Assembly: GCA_045837725.1 (NCBI GenBank)
Contig: JBEWZL010000121.1
Coordinates: 310,001 to 374,000 of the forward strand
Source: Vermamoeba vermiformis
Lineage: Eukaryota
DNA: 64,000 nucleotides
Direction of reading: 5' to 3'
This document shows, one piece after another, positions 62,320-64,000 of the stretch. Position numbers and translations under genes: made by a program. The notes beneath the pieces are model-generated. The model was not told where the DNA came from, made no database searches, and saw only the letters and a program-made list of their open reading frames with translations. Position 1 is the stretch's first letter; every line of letters starts with the position of its first letter.

Positions 62320-64000
62320 TTATTCTCCTTGGGCTTGACTGAAGCCTGGCTTGCCATCCAACAAGTAAAGATTTTCCATTTTGATGAAGTCAAATCCGGC
62401 GTTGCGGATGCGCATCAACAAAGAAATGATTTGCGAGTGCTTGATAGGTGCGTTGTTTTGAGATTTGAATCGTAATCGCCAGTGATCAGTGCAGAATGTT
62501 TCAGGGAAGCCATTGGGCCACACTTTGACACCTCTGTTGGTGATCAATGTCAACTTCATGCCGTCACCGTTCAGCTTTGAAATAGCGTTGCCCAAGTCTT
62601 CAGGCGTGCCGTTCTTAGGACTCCAGTGCAAGAAGATATCGCAGCCGATAGTCTCTTTCTTGGCAGGCGGTAAGTCAGTCAGGGTCGGCTTCCAGTCGCG
62701 CATGTTGGTGTCGCCCTTCGCGTAGTGCACGGGCTTGAGTTGCACGGGCTTCTTGCCCAATCGTTCGACAACAGCCTTCGTGAACTCGGTCGTGCTGACT
62801 TTCTGCTTCGAAGTGCCCTCGCGGTAAATATCAGTCGTGTGCACTCCGTCTTCAATCGTCTTGAGCCACGCGTTGTGAATGTTCTCTGCGACTTCAGGCT
62901 GACCAATGTGCGACAACATCATCACGGAGGACAGCAACAGACCGGAGGGGTTGGCAATGTTCTTGCCGGCAATTGGCGGGGCTGAGCCGTGAATAGCTTC
63001 GAACATGGCGCCACCGTCACCAACGTTGACTGAGCTGCCGAGGCCGACTGAGCCTGTCAACTGCGCAGCGACGTCAGACATGATGTCACCGTAGAGGTTG
63101 GGCATGACAATCACGTCAAAGATCTCGGGAGTGTCTGCGAGACGTGCGGCACCTAAATATAAAACACGTGTTAGGAGTGATGTTTGGAGCATTAAAAATC
63201 AGTCTAATTACCAATATCAACGATCCAACGGTCCTTTTGAATATCAGGGTATCGGGCACCAATTTCTTCGAACACTAAAATAAAAGATACATTAATACCA
63301 CCGTATGACGGAATAATTTTATTACGCTAGATCCGCCTCTCTGCATTTTTCTTAGCTTACCTTTAGCGAACAAGCCGTCGGTCATCTTCATAATATTGTC
63401 CTTAATAAAGCACGAAACTTTCTTTCTGCCGTGTCTGCGAGCGTATTCAAATGCGTACTGGATAATGCGCTCACATCCAGGTCTTGAAATCAACTTGAGG
63501 CATTGCACGACTTGATCTCTATACTCTGATTAGCACTACTATTTATATTTAATATGATCAACTTACGTTTGGTGATGTTCGATACCGGCGTAGAGATCCT
63601 CTTCGTTTTCTCTAACAATAACTACATCCATGTTGGGATGTCTAGTAGCGATGAAGGGAGAATAGACATTGCAAGGACGCACATTAGCGAACAAGCCTAA
63701 TGTCTTACGAATGGTCACGTTGAGTGATTTGTAACCACTGCCGATTGGTGTCGTGATCGGGCCTTTTAAAAGCACTAAAAGACAAAGAATATTTTAGTAA
63801 GGGTTAGCAATACCATTTTATTAATTAATTAATATCAGGGAATCATTTGGTTAATATTGCGATTTTTGGTAAATTTTTTCAGCGCGTGGATCTACTTTTC
63901 CAAAATTGTAACGGTCATATTTGTATGTGAACCTTTATAAAATTAACTATTTAACTCGTACCTCTCGTCTTTCGGATGGAGTCCCATGATTCAGGTGCAA
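62320..64000 (-). CDS. icd: Isocitrate dehydrogenase of the bacterial (Rickettsia/Thermus-like) subtype with C-terminal extension; 5' end outside the window
   Basis: [58 protein letters not shown]; extension [26 protein letters not shown]...DFIKMENLY...GFSQAQGE. Confidence 0.92.

Noticed and set aside
1..64000. tRNA, rRNA, CRISPR arrays, transposons or prokaryotic contamination
   Set aside because: None recognised; the only rRNA-like match is the 15-nt snoRNA guide, and the bacterial-like genes other than the R2K gene carry spliceosomal introns

Overview
Gene-dense nuclear DNA of a microbial eukaryote. The gene set (NoxA, CYRI, COMMD7, Rh protein, amoeba-type CLU-TPR, R2K ATP-grasp, AOX) points to an amoeboid protist, probably Amoebozoa; this is an inference. 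I could splice about 26 protein-coding genes by hand. Introns are mostly 45-60 nt with CTAAC/CTAAT/CTGAC-like branch points, at least 4 are GC-AG, and intergenic spacers are mostly 50-300 bp. Confident calls: acetyl-CoA synthetase, SNRNP40, COMMD7, CYRI/FAM49, TPR/Mlp1, ERG8-type phosphomevalonate kinase, NADPH oxidase, alternative oxidase, FtsX-type permease, Sel1 protein, Zn2Cys6 transcription factor, Rh ammonia channel, TENT4/Trf4, IQ-DH-PH-WD40 RhoGEF, CLU-TPR, Cdc123/R2K ATP-grasp, bacterial-type IDH. Highlights: (1) an intronic C/D box snoRNA with a 15-nt guide to 18S rRNA; (2) a probable Trm11-like methyltransferase-ankyrin fusion; (3) a secreted bacterial-type sugar dehydrogenase-PKD-CBM protein that has acquired introns; (4) a TENT4 with a spliced N-terminal U1-type zinc finger; (5) several families usually regarded as fungal (Zn2Cys6, and tentatively Byr4/Bfa1, RTC4, Rrn9); (6) an unexplained highly self-complementary 400-nt stretch; (7) at least six single-base frameshifts in otherwise intact genes, most likely assembly errors. 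All family calls come from motif recognition by eye; no database searches were run.
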